63,276 bases of DNA, filler included, from Globobulimina sp. (GCA_003354225.1; 52 parts of 52 records of this genome joined end to end with filler, not necessarily neighbours in it), one strand, 5' to 3'; shown: positions 48,551 through 61,492, counted from the whole stretch's first letter. Numbers and translations are program-made. The notes: a model not told the origin generated them from the letters alone.

Positions 48551-49338
48551 GATTGACTGTTATATAACTGTTTTGTTATATTTTTTTGTATGTTTGACTG
48601 TGCTAATTTTAAATATAATGATATGGTTCAGGGAACTCAGTGAAAACGATCATGCCGCAGNNNNNNNNNNNNNNNNNNNNNNNNNNNNNNNNNNNNNNNN
48701 NNNNTTAATTAATTAANNNNNNNNNNNNNNNNNNNNNNNNNNNNNNNNNNNNNNNNNNNNGAAAAAAAAGTTGGGTCGCGTTTGTGCTTCGTTAAAACAA
48801 GCCGAAAAGTATGAACAGGTCAAGCGACACTCGAAACTAGGATATATGTTATTTGGAGCGATTTGGGATCTTATGAAAAATTTCAGCAGCATTGTAAAGC
48901 TAGGTAAATTCTTACGTTTTGCACACATGAATGGTCTGAGTGCTGCACGGGAATTAATTACAAAACAATGATTAAATTAAAATAATATGTGTTTGCAATG
49001 ATTAAATTAAAATATTTAGATAATTTATGTAATTATTTGTCTGTGTATTTTTTTGTTGCACCTCAATGACATCTCTAGTGAGTTGGTTCGCTTCATCGCT
49101 TCAATTACCCAGGAGTCAATGTCGCTAACCGACATCTAGGTTATTGGATCCTATACGTGCATCTTATCGGGAACACTACTGTATACATTTATTTTTATAC
49201 GCTATCATGCAAAAAAAAAGCAGTGATCGACACTAACTTTTTTGTTTTGAAAAGTTTTTAACTCAAAACATCTTTATTAATTTTTAGACACTGTTCATCA
49301 TCCTTTCGTCATTGAAGTGAAAAAGAATTAATATTTAA

Positions 49339-49806
49339 ATGGAACGACACGTCTCACATAGTTGTGATAATTGGGATTGCTCAAACCAGTATAAACGTTA
49401 TACTGTACAAGAAATACAATTCATTTACAATATGCATAAAAATGATTTCACAGCTATACAAATTGCAAAAAAATTAAAACGAGGAGAATGGGCAATTAAA
49501 GTACAAATTATGCACATCAAACAACGTAAAAAAAATAGAAAAGGAATTTTAAATGTAAACAACAAAGGAAATGATGGTTCAAGAGTTTATTCAAAATATA
49601 AACCAAAGCAAGCAAGGCAAAAACAATTTGGATTACATGTATCAGTGGAACAATTTGGATTACCTGCAAAACATGAACCAAACAAATCAAATTTAAATGT
49701 AAAACGTGTGGCACAGCGAAACAGAAAATTTGACGACACACCAGAGATTGTGCAAAGTAGTCAAAAAGAGACACAAAATCATATATATGAACTCATGGGT
49801 TTATAA
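49339..49806 (+). CDS. Basic protein with possible helix-turn-helix
   Basis: YTVQEIQFI...TAIQIAKKLKRGEWAIK. Confidence 0.45.
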   Translation: MERHVSHSCDNWDCSNQYKRYTVQEIQFIYNMHKNDFTAIQIAKKLKRGEWAIKVQIMHIKQRKKNRKGILNVNNKGNDGSRVYSKYKPKQARQKQFGLHVSVEQFGLPAKHEPNKSNLNVKRVAQRNRKFDDTPEIVQSSQKETQNHIYELMGL

Positions 49807-49978
49807 TTCCTAAAATAAAACATTAAACAAAAAAAGATAAATATTATTTTTGAATCATTCTATCTTTGACAAGCAGTANNNNNNNNNNNNNNNNNNNNNN
49901 NNNNNNNNNNNNNNNNNNNNNNTTAATTAATTAANNNNNNNNNNNNNNNNNNNNNNNNNNNNNNNNNNNNNNNNNNNN

Positions 49979-50260
49979 CAAACTGTTGTAATATATTTTA
50001 TTTGATAAAAACACTTTTTCAGCGTATCAACATCAATGCTGGCGATTGGTTTATTCCAGCTATAAACAGACATGGCATTAACGCCATAGCTATAAATTTT
50101 TTCTTTAACTGCAATTTGTGCACTGTTTCCGAGACCAATCATTACAATAACCGAAGATACACCAATAATTATTCCAATACTGGTTAGAGAAGATCTCATT
50201 TTATTGCGGCCCAGGGCCCGAATTGCAGTTATAAATGCGTTTTTTTGTGTAGGTATCACG
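49979..50260 (-). CDS. Bacterial ABC transporter permease (MacB/FtsX family) N-terminus
   Basis: AIRALGRNKMRSSLTSIGIIIGVSSVIVMIGLGNSA. Confidence 0.9.
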
Positions 50261-50770
50261 GAAACGCCTGGTTTATTAATCGCAGGGGATAATAATAAGA
50301 AATTTTTGTTTTCGGGTAAGGTGACGAGTGAGGATGATTTAAAAACCTTTTTCGAAGGGTATGCCAGTGGCACATTAGAGGCGCATATGAAGTCCGAGGC
50401 AGTGCCAGAGAGCAATGATGAGGCAGTGTATGTTTTGGTTGGTTCAGAGTTCGAGAATGTGATTGGTGGCGACAACGATGTGTTTGTCGAGTTTTATGCG
50501 CCGTGGTGCGGACATTGCAAGAAATTAGCTCCGGAATATGAGAAAGTTGGGGAAGCTTTTCGTGAGTTTGAGAATGTGATTGTGGCCAAAGTGGATGCGA
50601 CGGAGAATGATACTCCTGAGGATATTAAAGGGTTTCCCACATTGATATTTTATCCAAAAGGACAAACGGAAGGAGTTAAATATCAGGGCGACAGAACTAG
50701 TGAAGGGATTATTGAATATATCAAAGAAAATGCATCTGGAGATTTTTCTGGAGTAAAAACTGAATTATAA
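50253..50770 (+). CDS. PDI: Protein disulfide isomerase, C-terminal thioredoxin domain
   Basis: VEFYAPWCGHCKKLAP, AKVDATEND, GFPTL, ER-retention KTEL. Confidence 0.95.
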
Positions 50771-51262
50771 ATATAGATGATTTCATTTGACACAAATTTT
50801 ATAACTTGAATTTTTCGTTTTTTTTAATTATTTTGCCTTTATTAAATAGTATTTGGGTCTTATTCCTTCTATTTTAAATTTTAAAATTAATTCTTCTGCT
50901 ACAAATACGGATTTTAAAATAAAACAAGTTATAATTAATTTTTTTGGCTAACGAAAAAAAAAGGGGCGGATATAGCCAATGTTAATCAGAATCGCAGGCA
51001 AACGAAGCCTTGAAACATCCTAATGCTTACTGGCCAGTTTTAAATGCATATTGAATGCACGAACGAGGCTCATAACGTACGCCAGCGGGGATGAACNNNN
51101 NNNNNNNNNNNNNNNNNNNNNNNNNNNNNNNNNNNNNNNNTTAATTAATTAANNNNNNNNNNNNNNNNNNNNNNNNNNNNNNNNNNNNNNNNNNNNCATT
51201 CTTTTTGAGTGACACTGAGCTTACAAGATTTTGTATTTAATTTAGACAATGGCAAACATCTT

Positions 51263-51859
51263 TTAATTCGCTTGTGGATCTTTTACGCCATTGATTAATG
51301 AACCCAACAACGAGAGAAATTCCTCGAATTCTGCATGCGTACACTTATAATTTGCAAATCGTGCGAGTTCATACAAATCAATGTATTTGAAACATTGTTC
51401 TTTTAATTTTGGAAATTGCTTAGCAACTTCCTCTACAAATTCGCGTATAGTTCTGTAATTTTTATGTCTTAAATCTGGCCGCGTGGATCGTACCGCTTCT
51501 TCCAAAGCAAAATAAGATTTTGCAATTGATGTGTTATAATGCGTATTTTCGATGGAATATCCAGGATCGCCATGGCCCCCATCTTGTGGTTTCAATTCAT
51601 TTTGATATTGTTTTTGTTGTAAAAAATATCTCTCCAACTTATCAATATCCTTTTTAGAGAGAAAAGATTCTTTTTTTATTCTCAAACGACCCTTCATAAT
51701 CTCATCACAAAGTTCCTTTCTCGAATCTGATTTATGTCGAGATATATAGCCATATGTTATTATTAAGGCAACGAATACTACCAATAACGACAAAACATGT
51801 ATCCAGTCTACATTTCCCCAATCGGAATATTTACCCACTAACAATTGATCCTCTGCCAT
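51263..51859 (-). CDS. Single-TM protein with NICE-3/DUF4129-like C-terminus
   Basis: N-terminal TM; TIREFV...YIDLYELARF...EFEEFL. Confidence 0.5.
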   Translation of the reverse strand: MAEDQLLVGKYSDWGNVDWIHVLSLLVVFVALIITYGYISRHKSDSRKELCDEIMKGRLRIKKESFLSKKDIDKLERYFLQQKQYQNELKPQDGGHGDPGYSIENTHYNTSIAKSYFALEEAVRSTRPDLRHKNYRTIREFVEEVAKQFPKLKEQCFKYIDLYELARFANYKCTHAEFEEFLSLLGSLINGVKDPQAN

Positions 51860-52414
51860 TATGAGTCACAAGGTCGCATGGAAGTTTTTTTATTTTTTGC
51901 TGAATGAGTGTGATCTCCGTAACGGATTGACAAAATTGTAGCACACAGTAATTGAACACAGCAATTGAACACTGTAATATTATAACCAAATATTATCAAA
52001 ACAAAATTTTAAAATTTGGTCCCATAAACAAAATACCAAATTCATCTTAATTTATACATCGATTATAATTTCCAATAGATTACAACTCAAATTATATGAT
52101 TATCAATGTTCTTAGGTTCGTGAAAATTTTTTTTTACCAACACCTCAACTGCAGAACAACTATTGACCTAATTTATTGGTGATGATCAACTCCAATTAAG
52201 GTAGTACCGGAACTAAGCAATATAAGGCTAGATTCAAGAGAATTCAATGGAATTCAAAAATTCTTTCAACACATAACAGCTATGATTATCAGGTATGTTT
52301 GTACATGAAATAAANNNNNNNNNNNNNNNNNNNNNNNNNNNNNNNNNNNNNNNNNNNNTTAATTAATTAANNNNNNNNNNNNNNNNNNNNNNNNNNNNNN
52401 NNNNNNNNNNNNNN

Positions 52415-52552
52415 AGAGTGGTTTTCAACCTAGTATTCGAAGTTGTCCTAGTATTCGAATCCTAGTATTCAAAGTTGAAAACCACTCTAGCTAACCCAAA
52501 AACCTTGCCAATCACAAAAGAAGTTTTTAGAAGTTTAAGCCTAAAAAGTCAA
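52415..52552. repeat. Dispersed repeat copy B (family of 24393-24505) with inverted, triplicated loop
   Basis: AGAGTGGTTTTCAAC, three CTAGTATTC(G/A)AA units, GTTGAAAACCACTCT, then shared tail. Confidence 0.93.
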
Positions 52553-52695
52553 ATGTATACAAGGGAGATATATCGTTGAGTTGGATTTGTTTATTTTGTT
52601 ATAGGTTCGCATAAAAACTGACTGAATTGTATACAAATATGTTGAATAAAAAATTGATATCCAATCAAAAAAAATGCTGTGCTTGTTCTGTATCA

Positions 52696-53322
52696 TTAAC
52701 CAGTTACGAAATAATATATCATTCTCTGAATGCCATCAGTAATATTTATCTGATATCCAAGCTTTGTGCCTTTTATATATCCAGCTATCAATAAAAGCCT
52801 TCTCCAGTCACCATTTGTATATTGCTTAGAATCAAATATTTGTTTTATTAGCGTAAATTCACTGTTAATACAATATATTGCAATCCCACACTGTTCCTTG
52901 TATACTATGAATCGTTTATATTGTTTCTGTGTTTTGTTCCTAAATTCACAAACATTATTCGCCATATCCAACATGATACAAACAATATCGCTTTCGCTAA
53001 ATCCAAATTCTGCAGTTCCAGACATTGCAGTTCCCTCAAATCCACAAATATATCCAGATTCAGTAAAACGTACTCGAAAGCTCGGAATCATGATCCAATC
53101 CTCGTGTTTATTGCCACCTCTCCACGTCGCAAACTGTTGGCCGATGATACATAGTCCCGAAGTGTTATCCAATCGATCAAACTTTATCTCAATGGCGCAA
53201 AACCCTTTTTCCATCATTTGAGCAAACAAAATGGTGCCATATTCCTTGTTGTCTGGCGAATTGACCGTGAATCCATTGTTGGAAACAGTGAGAGAGGGAT
53301 GGCATTCTGCAAACTTGGCCAA
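52696..53322 (-). CDS. SPRY/B30.2-like beta-sandwich protein
   Basis: GFSESDIVCIMLDMANNVCEFRN; C-terminal LLIAGYIK motif. Confidence 0.5.
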   Translation of the reverse strand: MAKFAECHPSLTVSNNGFTVNSPDNKEYGTILFAQMMEKGFCAIEIKFDRLDNTSGLCIIGQQFATWRGGNKHEDWIMIPSFRVRFTESGYICGFEGTAMSGTAEFGFSESDIVCIMLDMANNVCEFRNKTQKQYKRFIVYKEQCGIAIYCINSEFTLIKQIFDSKQYTNGDWRRLLLIAGYIKGTKLGYQINITDGIQRMIYYFVTG

Positions 53323-53632
53323 AGCTATTTAGATGAATTGAAGCAGTTTAATAAATAAAACATTAATGGCTGCATTCACTGGCAAATGGCAATGCAGTAC
53401 CTGGATAACAGAATTTGTAGCAAATATCGCAAATGACAGCAGCTACGCCTTGCCGTATACAAAAAGCTGCTTCTGCACAATGTATGTATCCCTCCACAAG
53501 CAACAAATATCGATGCTTGTCTGCTTCCCGCANNNNNNNNNNNNNNNNNNNNNNNNNNNNNNNNNNNNNNNNNNNNTTAATTAATTAANNNNNNNNNNNN
53601 NNNNNNNNNNNNNNNNNNNNNNNNNNNNNNNN

Positions 53633-54750
53633 TAATACCGATAGAAAACAGCTCCGATGGCGGCAGCAAACAAAATCGCAAAGAAGACGGCAAAAATGGT
53701 CGCAAATATAGTTCCAACTTTATTTGTTTGCTCTGCTTCACTCCAATTTTGATGCGGCCATTTTAGTGGCAACGCATCTTTTACATCGTAAAAGCGGTCA
53801 ATTCCGGACTGTCGACAACCATCACAGCTCGCATTTATATGATATTTAAACGCATAGTCAATGTCCCACAATTTCATTCCTTCCGATTCCCAGAAAAGGT
53901 CATATTTTAATTGCGCGGCATAGTATGGATAATAATTAATATAATACCACGGATTCACAACGCGGAGATAAAAAAAGCCGGATAGGCGCTCAAAATACCA
54001 TTTTGAACCGACATTATCGACTCCGGTTCGATTGCACCACTCCCAATGCGGCCATTCAATTTCACCACAAACATAGTCCGAAACATTAGAATACAAAGTT
54101 TCGCCTTCTCCATATATCTCATCCATGGAACTCGCTTCTTTCACAGCGATCGAAGTGCCGATCCATGAAAACTCCGCCGTGACATTAAAGGAAGTTTGCT
54201 GCGGATATCGCATGCAAATAACCACAAAATTATTTGGCGCGATTTGGATGTTTTTAATGAACCAATACTGCGGAGCTCCATAAATGGCTCGAAAATACCA
54301 GCCCATATTGGTCGGACCCGCCACCGACGGATAATTTGGATATAAAATGCTGTAATTTCGACCAAACTGCGACACATAACCGGTGATATAATCCACCTCA
54401 GAGTCGCCCACCAAAGCAGCCACGATCGGGTTGGGATTCTCTCGGAAACCGTCGGTTAAGCCGGGAATATCTAAGCGGAAATAGCCAATTTCATGTCTGC
54501 CGTCCCACGGACAGTACCACAGAAAGGGGCCATCGTCGTTGATGGCAGAATAAGTGCAGTCATCGTTGGCGTTCCACCACTTGCTATGCGTCGATATGAT
54601 GGTCGCTTCGCCGCTGCCGGACACAGAGCCGTCGTAATCATAAATAGCGTAGATTCGACTCGCTTGCGTCTCGGGGTCGGCTGCAATGGACTCATTGTCT
54701 CCCACTCCGCAGAACGCACCGCAATGATCATAATAGATATAATGTTCCGG
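53633..54750 (-). CDS. Large type I membrane protein, C-terminal region (partial)
   Basis: Contig-long aromatic-rich ORF ending in a TM helix. Confidence 0.6.
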
Positions 54751-55113
54751 NNNNNNNNNNNNNNNNNNNNNNNNNNNNNNNNNNNNNNNNNNNNTTAATT
54801 AATTAANNNNNNNNNNNNNNNNNNNNNNNNNNNNNNNNNNNNNNNNNNNNTATATTTCACGCTTTGGATATCCGCAAAATACGAATAAAAGAGGCGATTA
54901 TTTGATAATATTAGCATTGTTTAGTAACTTTAGTTATATTCATTTAAAAATGATATGGTTTAAATTTTCTATCATATGAAAAATTGGAAATGTGCCTAAA
55001 TTATAATTAAAATAAATCAATAAATTTAATGAAAAAAAAAACTAATAATGAAAAAAAAAGTATAATGAAAAAATAACTACAAAAAAACTGATAAAGAAGA
55101 AACAAATAATTAT

Positions 55114-55968
55114 TTAAACCTTATGAGTAAACGATACTGGACCATCTTCCCTACTTTTCACAAATTTATATTTATAACACCAGAATATTAAAATATTTGC
55201 AAATATCACCATTACAACAAAAAACAATACAAACTGTATCTTTGTTGCTTCATCGAAACTAATTGCAATCGTAGCTTCATTATGATTATCATTGAATGCT
55301 CCATCTTGATTATCTGCTACAGATTCACCAGCAAACACCAACCTGTACAGTGTACACAACAATTATTAAACTCAAATGTGCGAAAATGAAAACAAGCGCA
55401 ATCACCGCAATGTTGTTGCGATCGGTTTTGTCACCGTTAAAAAAAAACACTTAACTCAGAATCTGAAGAATCAGAATCTGAAGAATCAATTGGTACTACT
55501 ACTGGCGGTACAAATGCATTACAAAAAAAATACTGACTTCCTAGACCACCAGATATTCCATCGCAAGGCCTCTATATATGGAAAATTTTATGTTAATGTA
55601 TATTTGCATTACTGTTTATATTTTACTTAACATCATTCCACGATCCATCCGGTTGAAACTGGAAATCTTTCTGAAGTGATACACATTCTTCACGATCAAA
55701 CATGTTATCAGGTTGCGGATCAGTTACCGGTTCACTGCCTGTTCCCCAATTAGTATACTTATATTTCGTGACACCATCTGCCCACTGCCACGGTCCATTT
55801 TCATCAGAGCGGGTCCCAGTTTCTCGAAATAAGCCAATCCAACATCCACAATTGAATGCGTTGGGCAAGCGACCTTGAGCTCGGTCAGATGGACAACTCA
55901 CACCATCATTTGGGTCCTTTGGAGGGTCGCAAACAGGGGTAAGCAATTTGACATCTTTTTTGCTATCA
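55114..55968 (-). CDS. C-type lectin domain membrane protein (multi-exon, partial)
   Basis: CWIGL, WQWADG, YTNW, QPD, EECV, WND; C-terminal TM exon. Confidence 0.85.
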
Positions 55969-56084
55969 NNNNNNNNNNNNNNNNNNNNNNNNNNNNNNNN
56001 NNNNNNNNNNNNTTAATTAATTAANNNNNNNNNNNNNNNNNNNNNNNNNNNNNNNNNNNNNNNNNNNNACCACAAAATAGGAAA

Positions 56085-57092
56085 TTAATATGAAACCATT
56101 GATGATATTATATAAACGCATTCATAATCTGTCAATTCCATCGATTCTGCATATAACTCATCCAATGTCTTCAAATATGATATCTTATCATTAAGGGATA
56201 GTTTGATGAATTTATACTGTTGAATCCAATTATAATTATCTGAATGATTTAGTTTCTGATATGTTATTTCCGTTAACCTACCCATCGCACCGTAATATTT
56301 ATTCATTATTTCTCTGTTATTTCTACTATCTATAATCACAAATTTATAATAAGCATCAACATAATTCCTCATCAACAACACATCATAACAAGGAACACCT
56401 GGAAATATAAAATTAAACACAAAGAGTGTCATGAAATATCGCTCACACCGGTTATAAATAAATAGTTCATCACAAACACTGATCAACATTATGTACAATA
56501 TAATCAAACTATGCACAATAACGCATAACTTTGTTGATTTGATATTATTATCATCCCATTGTTTTGCTGCAAATGTGAGAAACAAAACTGCTGTAATTAC
56601 CTTGATTGTGTATTCATTGCCATATAATGACAACTTATCAATGTCAATGACACAAGTTATAATATTGAGGATGATAAAAAATAATTGATGCACAATTGCG
56701 TATTGTGATAATTTATGCTTTTTTGAATACAACAATAAAATTGATAATAAAGGAGCGAGTATTGCAACAATCACAAAATATCCAGCCGTTAATATTCCAA
56801 TGCAACATTGCTCCCATCGAGTTCGGAATGGTTTGGAGCGAGCCGATGAATTTACTACATCATCATCCTGATGTTGGATGATTTGTATAATTAATGCAAA
56901 TGGTTGATATGGATTTAATTCCCAATAATACCTCATTACTACACCGTATATGATAATAAATTGCAATAATGTTGCATGTGATATTAGTGAATGAGTTATT
57001 CCATTCCAATACAAATAAACTCCAATAAAGCCCACATGAATTGAACTAGTTATTGCTCCAATGAATGACCAAAATGTCGAAGAAGCCATCAA
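56085..57092 (-). CDS. Hypothetical multi-pass membrane protein
   Basis: 335-aa ORF with about seven hydrophobic segments. Confidence 0.55.
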   Translation of the reverse strand: MMASSTFWSFIGAITSSIHVGFIGVYLYWNGITHSLISHATLLQFIIIYGVVMRYYWELNPYQPFALIIQIIQHQDDDVVNSSARSKPFRTRWEQCCIGILTAGYFVIVAILAPLLSILLLYSKKHKLSQYAIVHQLFFIILNIITCVIDIDKLSLYGNEYTIKVITAVLFLTFAAKQWDDNNIKSTKLCVIVHSLIILYIMLISVCDELFIYNRCERYFMTLFVFNFIFPGVPCYDVLLMRNYVDAYYKFVIIDSRNNREIMNKYYGAMGRLTEITYQKLNHSDNYNWIQQYKFIKLSLNDKISYLKTLDELYAESMELTDYECVYIISSMVSY

Positions 57093-57286
57093 AGACTTGC
57101 CTATTTGATAATTATTATGTGATCTAGGAAAAAATGTTAAGATTACAGTGAGCTATAATTGCAATTTACAGCGTTTTGGCTATCTANNNNNNNNNNNNNN
57201 NNNNNNNNNNNNNNNNNNNNNNNNNNNNNNTTAATTAATTAANNNNNNNNNNNNNNNNNNNNNNNNNNNNNNNNNNNNNNNNNNNN

Positions 57287-58364
57287 GCACGACACAATTA
57301 TCAATTTCGCCACGGGCACATTGTGTTAACACTGTATGTATCGTACCTTGAGAAGCTTTCCATAATCGATCCGTTAACATTTCGACGGTTACGGGTTGTT
57401 GAGCGGATATGGCATCGGAAAGAAATTTGAATATGGTTCTACTATCGTCGGTTTGCGATTTTTCCGATGATTGGACGTTTGTCGAAGTACTTTGGCCGGC
57501 GGATGTATGACATCGAGTTTGTGCCGTTCGGGTCGGTTCGATGGTACGCAAAAAGAACGAATGTTGACGAATACGATGGGCCAATTGTTCCCATGTCGGT
57601 TGGTCGATTGTACTAATAATCTTTTTGACGACTTGTCGATCGGTTTCGTTAAGTTTGTCCATAAATTCGGCTAATATACGAGCGTCTTGCAACAAAACAC
57701 GATTAATCAATGCTTTTGCGCCATAAACTTGAACGTATACAATTTCGAATTCGAGCAAAAAATCGGTCAAACTTTGACACCCTTGTACCAATTCGTTGAG
57801 TCTTACGGTATAGGCTCCGATGACGGCGTCCTCGTTTGCGTATAAATCGGCCAAATGATCAAAAATAATTTGTGACGTTAACGCACTTCCATATAATCTT
57901 CGTAAATGATGGTAAATTTCGTGCGCCCTTCCTTCCAAAAATGACGATATGTTCGCAAAAAATAAATCGACATTGCCTTGCGTCGCACAATGATCTTGAC
58001 AATTTACGGCCCAATTTTCGAAATTTTCGGCTTCCGTACCATGAAAAATACATTTTGGCGGAATTTCGGACGGTCGGAAACGAAAGAAACCATTGAGGTT
58101 GACGTTGACGGACGATTGGCTTTGATTAGGGTTTATTGACGGTACAACGGCTGAATTTTGCGGTTGAATACGGCTACAGTTTTCGACGGCCGGTAAATTT
58201 GACGTAACTGGATATGAACGAACGACGGACGGGGGCACGGCGGATTTTTCACGCAAACCAAAATCAGTTGGATTTTTATCCGTTCCGTCTGACTGTGATT
58301 TGTATGTTATTTGCCCTCTTGAATTGTTGTCGATGCCGCGAGGGTCGGCGTGGGTAGATTTCAA
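57287..58364 (-). mobile_element. Retrotransposon Gag-like protein (partial)
   Basis: FHGTEAENFENW, FLEGRAHEIY, LNELVQGCQSLTDFLLEFE (capsid/MHR-like). Confidence 0.75.
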
Positions 58365-58931
58365 TTGTAGGGTACTGTAGGGGCATTTTACCGCTGTATT
58401 TTGCNNNNNNNNNNNNNNNNNNNNNNNNNNNNNNNNNNNNNNNNNNNNTTAATTAATTAANNNNNNNNNNNNNNNNNNNNNNNNNNNNNNNNNNNNNNNN
58501 NNNNGTGTTTAAAAAAAAATTGAAATCAATGCTTGGTTTGACTGTGTTGGTACTTTTATCATCATTTGTTTGCTGATTCTCCATTACGAATTAATTCGTG
58601 GTCGAACGAAATGATACAAAGTATGGTAATGTGGGAAAAATGTGAAGTTCGAGAAATAAACAAAAACAATTGACTAATACTAACTAAGTTCGGAGGTTAA
58701 ACATTCGAAAGCATGTCACTTTTTAAGTCACTTCTAGCCGAGATTGGATTTTTAAACTACGATAGCGGTTTATACACGAAACATCTATGCAACATAAGCA
58801 TACGCTATCTTGGTTTAAAAGCAATCTCAAAAACAACAGGCGATTTTAGACAAAAAAGCAAAAAAAAAGCAAACAGAAATCACAGATATAGCCATTGGAC
58901 GTCGTGTGGACCATATTGGGATTGATTAAAA

Positions 58932-59591
58932 TTGGATTTAAAATTAAAAAAATCAACATTCACCTCAAAACCATTGCAAATTGCAATCACCATTAATAAT
59001 CCTAACAATAAAATCAAAACGTATATTCATTATTATACTCCAAAATCAATAAATTGGAGGATTCAACAATTGTACATAGAATTACATCGGGTTAGATTCA
59101 ACCCGATATACGTATTTTGCCAGGCATTGCCATTCAAGACATTAATTATTGCATTTCAAGAAGAAAAAGCAGAATTCATTCGAGACAATTTATTAATTCA
59201 AGATCAAAGGCTATTAACATTCCGTGAAACATTTACATATTTTTATTTGTTGATATTAGTCCTCTTCGCCGACGTGGTATTTGACTCACCGCTGTATATA
59301 CACACTGTTCAATTAACATATTTTGATTACATTACTCAATTTTATCCATATTTTATCGGACCACAACGAGGGTCAGAAAAAGAGACGTATACAGTAAATA
59401 CGTACAACATCATTGAACAATTTACAAGAGGGGTAATACCATCAGATATTATTAGTTTCATACATACATTTTTATTCCCAGAAATCCATAGTCTCAGACA
59501 ATTGGATTATATTTATAACGCTCTCATATCCGAGGCGAAAACCTATTTCAATCGCAACAGAAATATCATATTATCAATAGTCAGGAGGTAA
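58932..59591 (+). CDS. Hypothetical protein
   Basis: 219-aa ORF; IPSDIISFI motif. Confidence 0.4.
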   Translation: MDLKLKKSTFTSKPLQIAITINNPNNKIKTYIHYYTPKSINWRIQQLYIELHRVRFNPIYVFCQALPFKTLIIAFQEEKAEFIRDNLLIQDQRLLTFRETFTYFYLLILVLFADVVFDSPLYIHTVQLTYFDYITQFYPYFIGPQRGSEKETYTVNTYNIIEQFTRGVIPSDIISFIHTFLFPEIHSLRQLDYIYNALISEAKTYFNRNRNIILSIVRR

Positions 59592-59722
59592 TCTGGCAAA
59601 ATAATGAATTCAAACAAGAAACNNNNNNNNNNNNNNNNNNNNNNNNNNNNNNNNNNNNNNNNNNNNTTAATTAATTAANNNNNNNNNNNNNNNNNNNNNN
59701 NNNNNNNNNNNNNNNNNNNNNN

Positions 59723-60708
59723 GGAAAATGTTGCATTTCCTAAAACTTATTCCAGAGCAGGGCATCCACCGCAAAATATCCTGTGCAAATTTATATAATT
59801 AAGCATAAAAAATAAAGGATATTATACATTAAAACACCTTCAATAAAGCGTGTGATAGGATGCTGAACAAAAGTAAAACCACATTTTGATTGCATTCGAG
59901 TATTTGGCGGTGCATTGATTGTCTGTAACAAACTCATTGATTTTAATAATGTATTTTGCATCATATCAGCAGCATTATTATCGATTTTTACATAAATTGC
60001 GTTTGTGGAATTATCAAAGGTATCAGATGTTAATATATTTGAATGTGAATTGAATTTCTTATTTTGTAAGGCAGAACCAATGGATTCGCGACTCCAAAAC
60101 CATGGCACAAAGTTGTTAGAATGATAAGAGAGTGCTGATAATACATTAAGTTCATGATCAGCGGTTAATGCATTTGCACATTTTGCAATTAATAATGGAT
60201 TGCCTTGAATTACTCCATTATCTCTCTCATAAATTACATTATTATTATTTATATCTTTTTTCATGATTGAATTTGGTGCTTTTGGCGTATCTGATATTCC
60301 AATATTTGATATTGTGATTTGTGGATAAATTATATCACTTTCTGGTATTAATGCAAGTGCTGGTTTTTCCGGTTTATGTGATTTGAAATTGATTGCATTT
60401 TTATCATTGATTTGTGGTTTTATGTGTTGTTGATTTGCATTGTTTTTGATCTGTTCTTGTAGTCTTTGCAGAGTATCTTTTAAAGTGGATATTTGTGTTT
60501 GGTGATGCGCGTCCATGGTTTTTAAATCCTCAATTTCTGTTAGAAGTTGCGCAAATTCATGACGTGATTCAACAACTATTCCTAATCCAGGCGCTGCTAT
60601 TCCTGGCAGTTCTGTTGGTGGTGATGTTGATAATATATTCAACACGATTACTATTACAACCACGATAATACCGCAAAAAAGAAACTTTCGAGTGAATCTA
60701 GACTGCAT
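59723..60708 (-). CDS. Type II membrane protein, possible carbohydrate sulfotransferase-like (partial)
   Basis: N-terminal TM, coiled-coil stem, FTFVQHPITRFIEG resembling the FxFVRxPxxR motif. Confidence 0.45.
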
Positions 60709-61243
60709 TCTTAATTAATACAAGTAGGTTTTTATAATCTGGTCAAAGTTTTTTTGTTGACATAATGCGCGCAGTGGCAAGTGACGAAGACTTCAAACCA
60801 TATGGTTGTGTAATAAGCTGTGCTTTGACCAATATAATCGNNNNNNNNNNNNNNNNNNNNNNNNNNNNNNNNNNNNNNNNNNNNTTAATTAATTAANNNN
60901 NNNNNNNNNNNNNNNNNNNNNNNNNNNNNNNNNNNNNNNNTTTATCGATTGGTTCGTATCGGGAGGAAGCGCCAATATTTTATAACACAGTTTGTGTTGT
61001 TTAGAAGAGGTAGTTAAAAAGTAAAGTAAGTTTTGTAATTTAAATTAATAAATACTGAGTATATAGACGTCACACAACACTCAAATAAGATTACAATACA
61101 CACTAATTAGTGTTTCCACTAAATACCCCTAAATCCCCCTGAAACCGGTTATGACCCTTATCCTACCATATCCTAAACTATCCTACCATATCCTAGATTC
61201 TTGCCTCTGGGTCTATCGACCCGCAATGCTACTGTGTTGCCCT

Positions 61244-61492
61244 CTATATGTTAACATTATCAGGAAACCGATAATATTTCTTTAATCTCTGCAATAATAT
61301 ATCATATGGAATGCTTGGGAAACACTGCTCAATATCGGAATATACCGAAAAAACCGGATTTTTTATTTCCCACCGTGAATAAATAAAATCAACAATATAA
61401 TTATAAGCATCACTGGTGGATTTGCCAGGTAGTGATGCACAATTATTTGGATGTATGATATCTGCTTTAACCACATGGTCAATTATCTTCAA
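61244..61492 (-). pseudogene. Isolated non-LTR reverse transcriptase fragment
   Basis: NNCASLPGKSTSDA...VYSDIEQCFPSIPYDILLQRL; no flanking RT sequence. Confidence 0.65.

Noticed and set aside
49927-50475. 182-aa minus-strand ORF as one protein
   Set aside because: Its N-terminal half is just the antisense of PDI; only the part below ~50260 is permease
50955-51096. Pol III ncRNA ending in a T-run on the minus strand
   Set aside because: No recognisable ncRNA motif; it reads as a protein C-terminus (FIPAGVRYEPRSCIQYAFKTGQ*) plus UTR
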